A stretch of 64,000 nt of DNA, taken from Pelomyxa schiedti. Its lineage: Eukaryota > Protista > Evosea. The DNA is taken from assembly GCA_020536535.1 (NCBI GenBank), contig JAHLWZ010000505.1:62001-126000 (forward strand). The letters are read 5' to 3'. Below, one piece after another: positions 12,391 through 24,229 of the stretch; the first letter of the stretch is position 1; each line of letters opens with the position of its first letter. A program made the translations under genes and the position numbers. A model generated the notes under the pieces. It saw nothing but the letters and a program-made list of their open reading frames with translations. It was not told where the DNA came from and ran no database searches.

Positions 12391-12822
12391 AAGACCAAAC
12401 AAAATAGAAGAGTTCCCATCTAGGAGACACAGGAGGGATGGGGGTAAGTCGAGAGCAGAGGCCTGAGAGGACTGGCTATTCTCTGTCCATGAGGGGCTGA
12501 GCCCCTTCGTGAATGGATCTGCCCACAGCCCAACCACCGCGAGGGGCGCAACCCTGTTTCCACTCCAGGAGTTTGTGTGGGGGTTTTCTGCAACCGATTC
12601 ATCCGAACCCCGCTGCAGTCGCGGCTTGGTTTCCCCGCTTTTGTATTTTCTTCTTCTTTTCCTGCATTTTCCTTTTTGATGCTTCTTTGAAAGTGCCTCT
12701 GGGGGGGAGTATTTTTGTTTTAAAATTTGGGAACATTTTCTGGGCACCTTAAAACTCCCGTAAGTTAACACAAATTGCCCCTAATAAACCCATCGGCGGC
12801 CCGGTGAACCGAATAATGGGAC
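12391..12822 (+). repeat. Dispersed structured repeat, copy 1
   Basis: Direct repeat of 14275-14708; core 12456-12635 nearly identical between copies; ends CTAATAAACCCATC..CCGGTGAACCGAATAATGGGAC. Confidence 0.9.
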
Positions 12823-13098
12823 GAGGGCGTACAAGGGGGGAAACGAAGCGCAGGGTAGATTCGGCTAGCTCCACCGTATCGTCACGACCAACAGCGGACG
12901 TGGTGGGGAACACCGTGCACTGGGTTGACGTAAGCATGTGCATCGACCAAGCCTGATAATGTCACAGCATTGTGGGACCAGGGGAACGGAGGTTGTTGGT
13001 TGGAGACAGCTCGTATGTGTGTGTTTGTTGGTGTTTGTTTGTTTGTTGTGTGCTTCCATCCCCTTTTTTTTTCCCCTAATACACCTTCACTTCTGAAG

Positions 13099-13499
13099 TT
13101 GGGAAAACCTATTGGAGAGGAGGCAACCAGCATTGGCGTTAACATGTTGCTGGGTCCCTGTGTCAACATTGTGAGGTGCCAAATTTGGTGTTCATTTTTC
13201 GTGAGTCTAAGTAAAAATAAGGCACCCACTTGGAGGGAGGACTTTCGAGTCATTCTCTGAAGATCCCTTTTTAGCATCAAGGTATGACAATGGTCCTCTT
13301 TGGAATCAATTCAACAGTTCAGAACGTGTGTCTTTTATTTCCAGTTTGACACAGGAGGCCACTCCCTCCAACGGAATACAAACATTTCGCTTGCAATAAC
13401 CAGGAAGAGTTACGCAAGCAGGCCAATGTCATCGTGGCAGAGAGAGCTCTGCGGGAGATATACCTTCCTGCTTTTGAGACAGTGGTATGGGAGGGAGGA
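13099..13499 (+). pseudogene. GH3 beta-glucosidase internal fragment with introns
   Basis: Spliced translation GKPIGEEATSIGVNMLLGPCVNIVR/HPLGGRTFESFSEDPFLASR and [40 protein letters not shown] are hallmark GH3 N-terminal-domain motifs; no start, no C-terminal part, frame disrupted before KHF. Confidence 0.85.
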
Positions 13500-14274
13500 C
13501 ATCTACCCAAGAAAACTAGCGCAGGTCAGTTGTCAAGTCTCTCTGCTCGTTCGCCGCACGGAAAAAAACGGTGAGCGAAACACACCGTTTCTAATCGGTT
13601 TTAGAAACGTCTGAACCGCACTTTACGTCTTCAAGCCGCAATTTCGGAGGGATTGTCAAAAGCTGACCCCGAGGCACACTACGAAGGCAGCACCGACACG
13701 GAAGTGTTCTGCCTCAAACTCAAATCCACCGGTTCGAACCGGTCTACCACACCACTCACGCGGGATAATTCCCCGCTACTTCACAACAAGGTATTCCCCT
13801 TCCCAAGTGTCTCTCACCGCCATTCGACGGCCGTAACTTCTCCATCACAATGCACTTCAAACTTAGGCCAGATATCTACCCCAACACGAGATTTGATACA
13901 GCTGCTTTCCTCACAACTGAACGCAAACGCCTCAAACTTCACGAATTCTGGAAGAACTTGTTGCCTCCCAGGGACTCTCCTGGAGCTCCCTGGACCCAAG
14001 GACAACTTCTCCAATTGGTGAAGCCAACAAAGAATACAACGCAAGAAAAAGGAGTCTCACACCAGATGCACCTTCAAACTACAGGAGAAGTTTTCAAAGC
14101 TTTCCATTTCGCCTGCACTCTCAGAGATAGAGACCTAAGAACCAGCCGCGCTGGTCGTCTTGGCACCGATTTCCATGTCCTTGTGCCTGGAAGGGAGAGT
14201 GGATTTTTTTTTGTCCCTGGACAAGATTTTTGTTTTTTGTACCAAAACTCCTTAGTGGAGTCCCAAAAACAATA

Positions 14275-14708
14275 AAGACCAAACAAAAAAACTGGAGTTC
14301 CCATCTCTGGAATACACAGGACCCGGGGGGTAAGTCACCGTCAGAGGCCTGAGAGGACTGGCTATTCTCTGTCCATGAGGGGCTGAGCCCCTTCGTGAAT
14401 GGATCTGCCCACAGCCCAACCACCGCGAGGGGCGCAACCCGATTTCCACTCCAGAAGTTTGTGTGGGGGTTTTCTGCAACCAGTTCATCCGAACCCCGCT
14501 GCAGTCGCGGCTTGGTTTCCCTTTCGGTCACTTTTCTTCTTTTCCTGTGTTTTCCTTTTTTATTTCGTCTTCTTTGAAGGTGCTTTGGGGGGGAGTTTCA
14601 TTCAATTTGTTGATTTGTTGGGAACTTGAACACCTTCAACTCCCGGAAGGCATCCTCTGCAGTGCCTAATAAACCCATCCCCGGTCCGGTAAACCGAATA
14701 ATGGGACA
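14275..14708 (+). repeat. Dispersed structured repeat, copy 2
   Basis: Aligns to 12391-12822; core 14342-14521 near-identical. Confidence 0.9.
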
Positions 14709-14917
14709 AACACCAAGTTCAGGATGAGGCCTCATCCTGGGTAGGTCTGTTGGGTCTCCCTCTTACGTACTCGACTGGGTCTGCGCAATCGTGTATAGGG
14801 ACCTTGCAAAGATGGAGGTATCACGCGTACTCTTCTCATTCGCCCTTCGGAATGTCAAAGGACAGGAAAACAAAACAAACTCCGGCGAGGTTGTTTGCTT
14901 GGGTGTGAGAGGGGGCA

Positions 14918-15982
14918 ATGGATTCCTCATCGCTGTTAAACATGCTTGGTGGGTCGGCCACAGGGATGGGCGGCCTGTCTCACGACAAGAAGATGGCCAA
15001 GGCTGATGCCTTCAAGGACGCCGGAAACGAGGCATTCAGGGCCGGCAGGACCAAGGATGCCTTAGTTGCCTACAACAAGGTAGTGTCATTATGGGACTCG
15101 CTTTTGGTTCCTTTTTTGTTTGTTTCTTTTTTTTTTTTTTTTGTTTAGAATCACGTATCCCTTGTGTCCGTTTTTTTTTTTTTGTCCCTTTCTCATTGTT
15201 TTAGGCACTTATGTATCTGCACGAAACAACTGGAGATACCAAAGAAATCAAGGAGGAATTGAAAAGAAGGAATGTCACCGTGGAGTCTAACCTTGCTGGT
15301 ATTTGTGTTCACTTTTTTTAAGCGTCATTTGCTAAACGTGATTGCAGCATGTCACTCGAGACTTGGAAACCCTGATAAAGTAATACTGCACTGTGATAAG
15401 GTTCTTGTCTACAACCACTATCCAATAACTGACTCGAGCCTTCAAAGCTTCTGAAACTTGATCCCAAGAATGTCAAGGGACTCTGGCGTAGAGCAACTGT
15501 CTATATGTCCCGCGGCAGTTGGGGCTCTGCTACGGAAGATTTGGAAGTTGCTATATCAGTATGTTGAACGAAAGCGTGCACTCCCAAAAAGTAATCAAAC
15601 ACTTTCCATCCAGGTTGATCCAAACAATGCAGATGTCAAGCGAGACTATGCCAAAGCCAAGGCGCACTCTGACGAGACTGAAAGACTGCGCAGGAAAGGT
15701 ATGGCAGGGATGTTCTCTCGCATGTCAGCAGAAGATTCCACTCCACCTCCCACATCCACCACAACCTCAACTTCCACTTCCACTTCCACCTCCACCTCAA
15801 CTTCAGCTTCAGCTTCCGATTCCGATTCCGCTTCCGCTTCCACATCCGCATCCACCTCTGCCTCTACTTCTACTTCGACCTCCACTTCTACTTCTAATTC
15901 TGCTTCCGCCTCAACACCAGAACCCACACAGGACACTACAACCACAACAAACCCCGCAGAGCAGCCCTCACATGACTCATAG
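14918..15982 (+). CDS. TPR-repeat protein (TTC9/FKBP co-chaperone-like) with S/T-rich tail
   Basis: ADAFKDAGNEAFRAG..ALVAYNKAL, NLA/ACHSRLG, LKLDPKNVKGLWRRA, VDPNNADVKRDY across short introns. Confidence 0.8.
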
Positions 15983-16296
15983 GTCACATTTCGCGACTCT
16001 TGCGAACGTTTCCTTTTCTGTGTGGATGGAGTGCGGGGAAGATCTGGTGTTTGGAAGTTGCAACTTTTTCACACATCTATTACGGGAAACAGAGATTTTT
16101 TTTAAATTAAAAATTGAAATCAGACCATTGATGTGGTTCGTTCTCTTCATTTAAAACCACAAACGAACCGAAGTTATTTCCCTCCATTTTCCAACAACAC
16201 ACAGGTCCAACACACAAAAAAATAAGGGAGAACAAAAAAAACAAACAAACCCACAAGCTGTAACGAACACATTGAGACCACCACAACAACTACGAG

Positions 16297-19200
16297 ATGA
16301 GCAGCAGTAGCAAAGAGGAAGTTCCACCGATTATGGGAATGCCGTCGTTCCCCGCGCCCCTCCCTCCGTCCTACGCGGCCCCTTTGCCCCCTGGGTCGCC
16401 GGCACCATCCCCGCCGGATTCATCCAACATTCCCCCTCCTCCCAGGTTCCAGTCCAGGTCACTTTCGCCCCCACCCGCACTTCCTGGTCCCGCTTCATCT
16501 TCATCCTCATCCTCATCATCATCAGAGGTGCCTCAGATATCGGCACTGGTTCCTCCTCCAATGGTAGTACCCCCCACGATACCGATTCCGATGCCGCTTC
16601 ACCAGGGATATACTGCGGCCTCTGTATCTGTGATTAGGGATGCTCGGTCACTGAGCAGAAGTGATAAGCCCACCTTATCATCACAGAGGAGCATGAGTGT
16701 TCCTGGGGGACTCGTTCCTGGGGCTGCTCTTAAGACGGATGGAAGTCCAGTATCTACTAGTGCTGAGCCTTCTTATATTCCCCCACCGGCTCTCCCTCCA
16801 CCTGCACAAACTGTTTTCACTTCTCTATCATCTTCAAGTTCTACAGCTGAATCGGCAGGCCGGTTCCCGACTGCATACATGGACGATGTGGATAATGCTT
16901 TTATCAAACAAAAGCGCAGGTTATCGACTCCTGCGCAAGTGGCTTTGCTTCCTCGCTTCCTAAAACACTCAAACCCTGCAAAAATGGCTGCAGTAATGCA
17001 GGAAGTTGATGCCATTAGTGCCCTGGCAGAAGCAAACACTTACTCTCGCTCAAGAAGACCCCACGGGCAGTATTTCTTTTCTGCCTCCATGACCTCAGTT
17101 TTAAATCCAGAAATTCCAGATATCACCTCTCCACCAATTTCATCACTCTCTCCCTCCCCATCCCCATCCCCATCTCCCTCCCCATCTCCCTCTCAATCTC
17201 CATCTCCATCCCCAGTGTTGCCACCTTCCTCAAGCCCACTTTCTACCCCCTCGCCATCTGTTGGAAGAAAACGATCTGGTTCCTGTCCGTGGGTGCCACC
17301 ACCCGACTCCTCCACCCCTTCTGCTCCCTCTATGGCACCTCCTGCCTCAGGTTGAATGCAGCCTTGTTTTTTTTCTGAATTTAACTTGCACATAATGAGA
17401 CAGGGGTCACAAAAGAAGAGGTCCAGGAAATGAAATTTCAGCTATCGTTAATAACGCGGCGGACTCAGTTCCATATCCTCGATGTACCCGATATCAAGTT
17501 CCCATCTAATAACATCGTTCTGTAAGTACTTGGCGGAATCATGAATATCCACAATTGTTCACACTAAAATTAGGGGGGACGAACCAAAAACAGGTCTGAA
17601 GAGAGTGGAACAAGGAACTCTAAGTGCCCTTCTTGGTAGAATAATTGTCAAAAATCATTTTTAACCGTAAATTAGATGCATTGTGCTTTCCTTCATCCTT
17701 TGACTTGGAGCAGTATCACGCAACGTTTATTTTATCAATGCATTACATCACAACTTCAAGTGTAATGTTAACCCACCTGTTTAGCAAGTACACAGCTTGT
17801 CCCGTTGTTCATTCCAATAATTTTTCTCTGCATTTAGATTTGACAACCCACCGCCTGTACCCCCAGGCACAGTCTCACAAGAGGAATATGTCAGAATAAT
17901 GCGCTCATGGTACATTGAAAATATTCATCAGTCAAATTTACACTCTGTAGTATTCTCAATGCATGCATGACATGGTCCTGCATGCCAAAGGAAATTATTA
18001 ATAAAGATCCCCAAGCACTCACAGTACTTGCTGATTTTTTGACAAGACTTCCTCCAATGTATGAAGAATGGGGAGACTGCATCAAATACAATCTCAAATT
18101 GGAATTATTTTACGCCCTTGTATGCGCTCTCAATTTCAAATGTATCGCTTACCCACCCTTCCCTTACAGAGTACAAGTGAGATTGTCTACAACAGATCCC
18201 CTGACTCAACACAAGTTCAAGTACTTTGAAATAAGTTTTCTTATCTCTTATCTTGAAACCGTAGGCCGAGTCCTCAATGCACCGATTAATGCCTTTGCTC
18301 ATACAAGTGACAATTCAAAAACTCCTCGAACCACGTTGCTGTGAGTGGGAGCTAGCACATTTTTGGATGTCACACGAAATGACATGTAAGAGATCAGTGG
18401 AAAGGACAAAGTATTTGCACTGTTTTCCTGGTATTAATATTGAGTTCCAAACTGCATTTTCACCGATCCTCAGCTGTTGATGGGCAGCGTGCTGCTATGG
18501 AGAGATACTGTATCAGCCCTGACCATGTGTGTTCTCACATCCAACCTGTAAATTGGTGGATACATTTTATTAGGTTGCTGAACTTGCAACAGTTCTCATC
18601 ACAAAAAATGTTATCAAACAATGCAAAAATGAGAAGCACTCTGTCTGGGCTCTTGGATCACAGTAAATTTACTTGTGCTCTTTTTTTCTTTTCTGATTGT
18701 GTGCTAGTTATTATTTCGTTGCCTTCCAGAAGGTACTCCTCATAGTTCTTTCTATGCTGACATGTTATTAGAAACCCAAGAAAGACTCTGATAAATCACC
18801 TTTTCCCAAGCCACTTCACAACCCAAAAGACTTGGGGGTATTTCACTTTTCGCTTTCGTATCCCTAATACCTTTTTGAAGGAAATTGAGTTCCTCGACTT
18901 GAATCCTGTGGAAGTAGCACGACAAGTTCACTTCTCCATACTTCCCACATTTCTTATGTCATCTTTTAGTTGACTTTAATAGCTTCCTCGTTGTATAATA
19001 AAATTGGTGTATATGACTGGTTTAAACAGGTTTGAAACTCTACCTTCCACCATAATTCATTACTTTCACAGACAGGAGTTAAAAACCAGACAACAAGCAT
19101 GTCTAAATTTCAGCAGTTTTACGAGAGTGTAAGATCCTTCCAGAGTTAATTGACTCGATAATTTCGAAAAGGTTTCTAAATGGATAATCATTGAAATTCT

Positions 19201-19981
19201 CAAGCACGCACATACCTCAAAGAGAACAGCAGTCCTTACACATTTTGTTCGTATAGCTGGTAATTTTTCTAGTTCCCTAGTCCACTTCCAAATGGCAAAA
19301 TAGAATACTGTAAAGCCTGGAATAATTATGCCATGTGCTATTCAATTGTCAGTACACTCAATACCAACACTGACCTATCACACGACAGAATGTGGGAGGT
19401 ATTCCTTCAATCGCCAATGTTCCCCTTTTCCCACAATACCAGGGTCTATCACATCATGACGCCGAAACTTACAAGGAGCTTGTTTCATTCATAGACCCGT
19501 TCCATTACTTCAAAGAAGTTGCTCCCATATTCGATCATTTGAATGAACCATGTGTACCAGACATAAGTACGCTCCCACAGTTACCCCAGAATCTAAGTTT
19601 TTTTTAGCCATGTGGATGAGCCAAATAACTCAGGCGGAAGAAATTCCGCTTTTCATCGAGGATGACAATCACAACAAAACAGACAAGATTAACTTTGTGA
19701 AACTGGCCTCCATTTTCAAAGTCCTTCAGAGGGTTCTCTCCCTCCAGTCACATCGGTACTTGTTCAAGCCAGTTCCAAGGGTATACAGTTACCTAAGCAC
19801 CCTTTTTGCTCACACAGCGGTATGCCCACCTTCAGACAAAAACCACAACAAACCAGAATTCTATCTATCTCTCTTACAATCAAAATTTCAGCCCACCCCA
19901 GCACCTGCAGCCGATCCAAGTCACTCAAAATTCCGCCTGAGAAGAGGCTCACTGAGTCTTGCTCCCACTGGAGGAAACTAA
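16297..19981 (+). CDS. RasGEF (REM + CDC25-homology domain) with Pro/Ser-rich N-terminus; many exons
   Basis: EQGTLSALL/DAL..YHATFILSMHY (REM); LDLNPVEVARQLTL, VSKWIIIEIL, KAWNNYAMCYSIV, PCVP, KINFVKL. Confidence 0.85.
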
Positions 19982-20294
19982 CATAAAGACCCACCTCATC
20001 ACCCTCACAAATTACACTGAAATGCGGGACCCACAGTAGGGTTCTTGCTATTTACTCAAGTTTGTAGTATTTGCCTGTTGACTACCTCTGGTATTATGAG
20101 AAACAAAAGCAGTTTTTAGGGGAAAAAGAAATTTTGTATCCTATGAAATTATGGCTCTCTTTAGAGCTTGTAATAATGGCACAAACAACAGGGATAAAGG
20201 GGGGAAAAGCCATTGGCCTGATAGTAAACAGACTTGGTATGTGATGTAGAAATTGATGAAATGGAAGTTGCTTGTGAAGCGTGGAGTACTTTCA

Positions 20295-20915
20295 TTACAC
20301 TAAGAAGTCCAAAACGCGCTGAGAATAGAGTCTGTCCTCAATATTAGTGACCTTGCATTTTCCTGGGAGCAAGTCCATTATCCTTACTGCTACTTGGTGT
20401 TTACACTATTTGCGGGTCAGTGCCGAAACATACAGCCGGCTGAACCTGTACCATTATGGATGCAGGTGATTTGACCACAGAGTCATAAAAGTCTTTGCAA
20501 GAACAGTAATGTGACCAACAGAGGTAATACTGTGTAGCAGTAACCTCTGGCGACTTTAGTTTTGGCGCTTTCCTTTTCGATGCAAGTTCCAATGATTGCA
20601 CCTGTTGTGACAAGGTGTTTTTGGAAAGAAATTTTAAAAAAATAAAAACAAAAAGTAAAGTTACACACTTGATAAAAGTATCTCCCACTGGGGACAGCCA
20701 CAACCTTCTCTATCAAGTTATAGTCGACGATGTTCAGTGCATCCGCCAAATCCTCGCCGAAAAAGAAATGCAAATCACGAAGCAATTCATCGGTAACTTG
20801 TGGCGCATCAGTTACGCGGCACCCAAGTTGGGAAGGAACGCGGGGAGGGGTAGATACCTCCTGTTGTTTGGGCCCTCTGGAGGATGTCCTCTACCGCCTC
20901 GTCTGGTCGGTACAT
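20295..20915 (-). CDS. ZSWIM7: SWIM zinc-finger protein ZSWIM7/SWS1 (Shu complex)
   Basis: MYRPDEAVEDIL.., LHFFFGEDLADALNIVD, PSGRYFYQV, YCSCKDF..SVVK..M/CKHQVAV (CxC..CxH SWIM motif). Confidence 0.8.
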
Positions 20916-21282
20916 CTCGTGGTTATGGGCTGGAAATTCGCATCAGATAAAAAAGCCGAAAGCGCAAAGCCGCGTCGTCTTGCGGACACAGGGACCCATC
21001 ATTGTGTCTGGCGAGAAAATCTGGGAAGCTGGTGATGGTGACTCTTTCAACTCCGTAAGCTGAGCTTCTGTGGCGTGCTGATAAACGAGACTGCCATACA
21101 ATGGTGGTTTTTGTATTGAGCATCGCAACAGCGATTCTGCTCTTAAATTTCCGCACCTGTCCAGGCTCCAGATTCGTGAGGATGATCCGAGAGCTACACC
21201 TTCGAGCTTCTTTTTTCGTTACCCTCCCTGACAGCGCCACGTTGGTTTCCTGGCAGCTAATCACTGTTTTCCTGCCCCATTC

Positions 21283-24164
21283 ATGCAGTTGCAGATCGCA
21301 ATATCATCCCCGCCATCGCCCCTGCCCCCTTCTTTTCCGGCCCCTCTCCCTACCCTCGCGGCCGTCGACTCTGCCACCGCCGCCAGTTGCCTGCAGGGAC
21401 CAACTTCCGTCTCGTTGGTGCCCCCGCCGTCCCCTCCCGCGACTCCGGTGTCACCTAGCGGCACCAACTCCGCAGATGCCAAAACTGCCACCCCCAGCTC
21501 TGACATCAGTCCCACAATCCCTACTAGTACAGGTGACACTGCCAGTGTGGATCATAGCACTCCCGTGCCATCGAGCGCTTCCGCGAGCCAATCGACTGCT
21601 GCTACTGCTGTTTTGACTCCAACTCCCACTACACCGGCTACAACTACATCTGCTGCTGCAGCAACAACAACTACTACAACAACAACAAGTACTTGTGGGA
21701 CAACTTGTACTGCCAGCAGTGCATCCAGTAGCAGCGTGACAGCATCCAGGGCGCTTAGTTTTGATGAGGAAGATGTGTCGAGTATGTCTTGGAGGCTGTT
21801 CAACACACGTGATGACAGATACCGGTTTTACGGCCGCGGGGAGCCTTGCACCCGTGGAGTCCAACCTTTTCACCTTCTCGCTGTGATTGATGTCGAAGCC
21901 ACGTGCGAGGAAGACACTGGGTTCGCTTTCGCTAATGAAATCATCGAATTTCCGGCTGTATTCATCAACACTTTCACGTGTGTTTTCCTTGTGTGCTGAG
22001 TGCACCCTGTGGTTGTTGTAGTTTGCTCTTTACCAACCTACAAACAGCTTGAAAATAGAGGCGGAGTTCCACAGATATGTTAGACCCACTGAACACCCGA
22101 TCCTATCCCGTTTCTGCCAACACCTAACAGGAATAAAGCAACACACCGTCAATGCAGCCAAGCCACTACCTGGTACATGAGACCCCTAATATCTTCTCTC
22201 TTAATAAGAACCAGATGTCCTCAACGAATTTCATGAGTGGCTGCTTTACAACAACCTGCTAACACCAACAGGAAAAGTTTGTAATACCCCCACCCCTCTT
22301 CCCCTGCTGTTGATCACTCTTTTTGTATCATTTTTCTCACTTTTTTCTAGCCAAGATTCGCATGTTGTACAGATGGACCATGGGATTTGAACTTTTTCCT
22401 TGCATGGGAGTGTAAACGAAAGGTCGAATACACTCTTTATTTACTTTCTCCCTCACATTCTATGATACAGAATATTCCACAGAGATCCTACTTCTCTAAA
22501 TGGGTCAATGTTCGTTGGCTTTTCCAGAGCTTCTTCCACGAACGTCTGCCTTTTTTGTGGCTTTTTCCCGTGGTCTCATTTCAATATTTCACAGGGTGCA
22601 ATATTGAATCTATGTTGAGTTATTTTGGGCAAAAGTTTGTTGGGCACCAGCATAGCGGGTAAGAGCCAAGTAGTGACAACTTCCCATTCATTCATTTTTC
22701 CTCAAACAGGCTTTGGGACTCACGTAACATTGCGAACCTTGTAGCTCACATGATACAGCGTGGCTGTCCCTTTGTTATTAATGACGGATTGGCCGAAGGA
22801 CTTAGTGTCGGCTGGGAAGTCTCCGCTACTGGAAGGGTTAAGAGGCAATTACGAATGAAAGAGGAAGCTCAGGTAGAATGGACAGCTAGGCACAAAACAG
22901 AGGAAAGTGCCAAGCGTAAGACTGAGGAAAGCACCAAACCCAAGGCAGTTGACACTGCAACACATAATACAGTGGCGACTTCCACACAACAGACAGAAGA
23001 AACTGCCAAACACGAAACAGGGGGAACTCCAAAGAACTCACATTTAGCTCCGCTCAGCAAGGAAGCTATGCTACGCTTAGTGGACCCTGTTCGCCTTTCT
23101 CGCCTTCCTGAGTCCCAATCAATATTCAATACCATCCCCACATCTACTGCCAGCAAGGAGGATAGACCACCCCTTCTCCCAAAAGAACCAACAACAGGTG
23201 CCCTGGTTGATTTTTTTGTTGTTGTGGCAGCTTCTTCCTCAAACACTGTATCACCCACGTAATGCAACCTGTTCTCACGTTCTCTCTTTATGTTGCAGGA
23301 CATTATAGAGGTGGGATCAACTATTTTCAATGTCACCACAGCTCAAGTTGAAGGAGAATTCATCGAAATCGTGAGAAGCACAAACGTAATCAGCTTAGAT
23401 GTGACAGAGAAAACCGGTGTCACACAGGAAATGGCCCAAGCAGGGAAACCTCTGGAAGAGGTGCGCTACTTTCTGCTAAGAGGCCTGTGGTAACTCTTTT
23501 CTTCAGGTAATGAGGTTACACAAGGAGTGGGCAGCAGAAATAACCGGAGACTCTCGGTGGGTTACTATTTGCCCAGCGGGACCAGCAACATTTACCAGAC
23601 TGTGTCCATCAGTCTTTTCTTTTGTCAGTGCCTTTAAAAGCTTTTACAGCATGGTATGCCGTGCCCAATTCCCAAATACTGCCTAATAAACTTTATGCAA
23701 AACTAAACAGAAAACGGAAATTACTCTTGGCGGAATGATTGATAAGCTTGAGCTCGACTTTGATGCCACGTGTGAGAACATTGGCATCAAAGAAAAAGAA
23801 CCACTTGGAGCCCTCAAGAAGTGCTACAAGTGCATGTGTGTACTCGGCGCAATGATCGACGATGGATTCCTGACACCGAATGCCAAACCACCTGGGTAAG
23901 TATATTTCACCCTAAACCTAAACAAACGATCTTCCAATGCCATACTAAACTGACAACACCCACCCACTCACGCACACTAACAACAAACATTCCAGGGCAG
24001 CGAAGACAGCAACATCAGATTCGTTTTCAGCACTGCTGGCGGCAGCAGCAAGCACAGGCACAAGCACACGCGGGCGAGGGAGAGGAGGCCACAGAGGGGG
24101 AAGAGGAGGAGGCCACAGGGGCAGAGGCAGGGGCTCGCACAGAGGTTACAGGCCCAGATACTGA
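21283..24164 (+). CDS. ERI1: ERI1-family DEDDh 3'-5' exoribonuclease with a second degenerate exonuclease domain and RGG tail
   Basis: VIDVEATCE..EIIEFPAV, FHRYVRPTEHPILSRFCQHLTGIKQ, TDGPWD, HSGLWDSRNIA; second repeat DIIEVGST..GEF..IVR..TEKTGVTQEMAQAGKPLEEV; last exon RGRGRGGHRGGRGGGHRGRGRG. Confidence 0.8.
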
Positions 24165-24229
24165 TGATGGGTGTTGTCATGAATTCATGCTGTCTCACAA
24201 TGACTGTGAAAAGATCTTTGCTTGTTTGA

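Noticed and set aside
12460-12475. CTGAGAG as a hammerhead ribozyme core
   Set aside because: Lacks CUGANGA spacing and a properly placed GAAA.
12825-13015. GC-rich stretch suggestive of SRP or other ncRNA
   Set aside because: No convincing SRP helix-8, tRNA or snRNA motifs recognised.
15149-15154. Possible 6-nt microexon (ag|AATCAC|gt) inside a double-length TPR intron
   Set aside because: The canonical TPR YNKAL is obtained without it, so it cannot be supported without RNA-seq.
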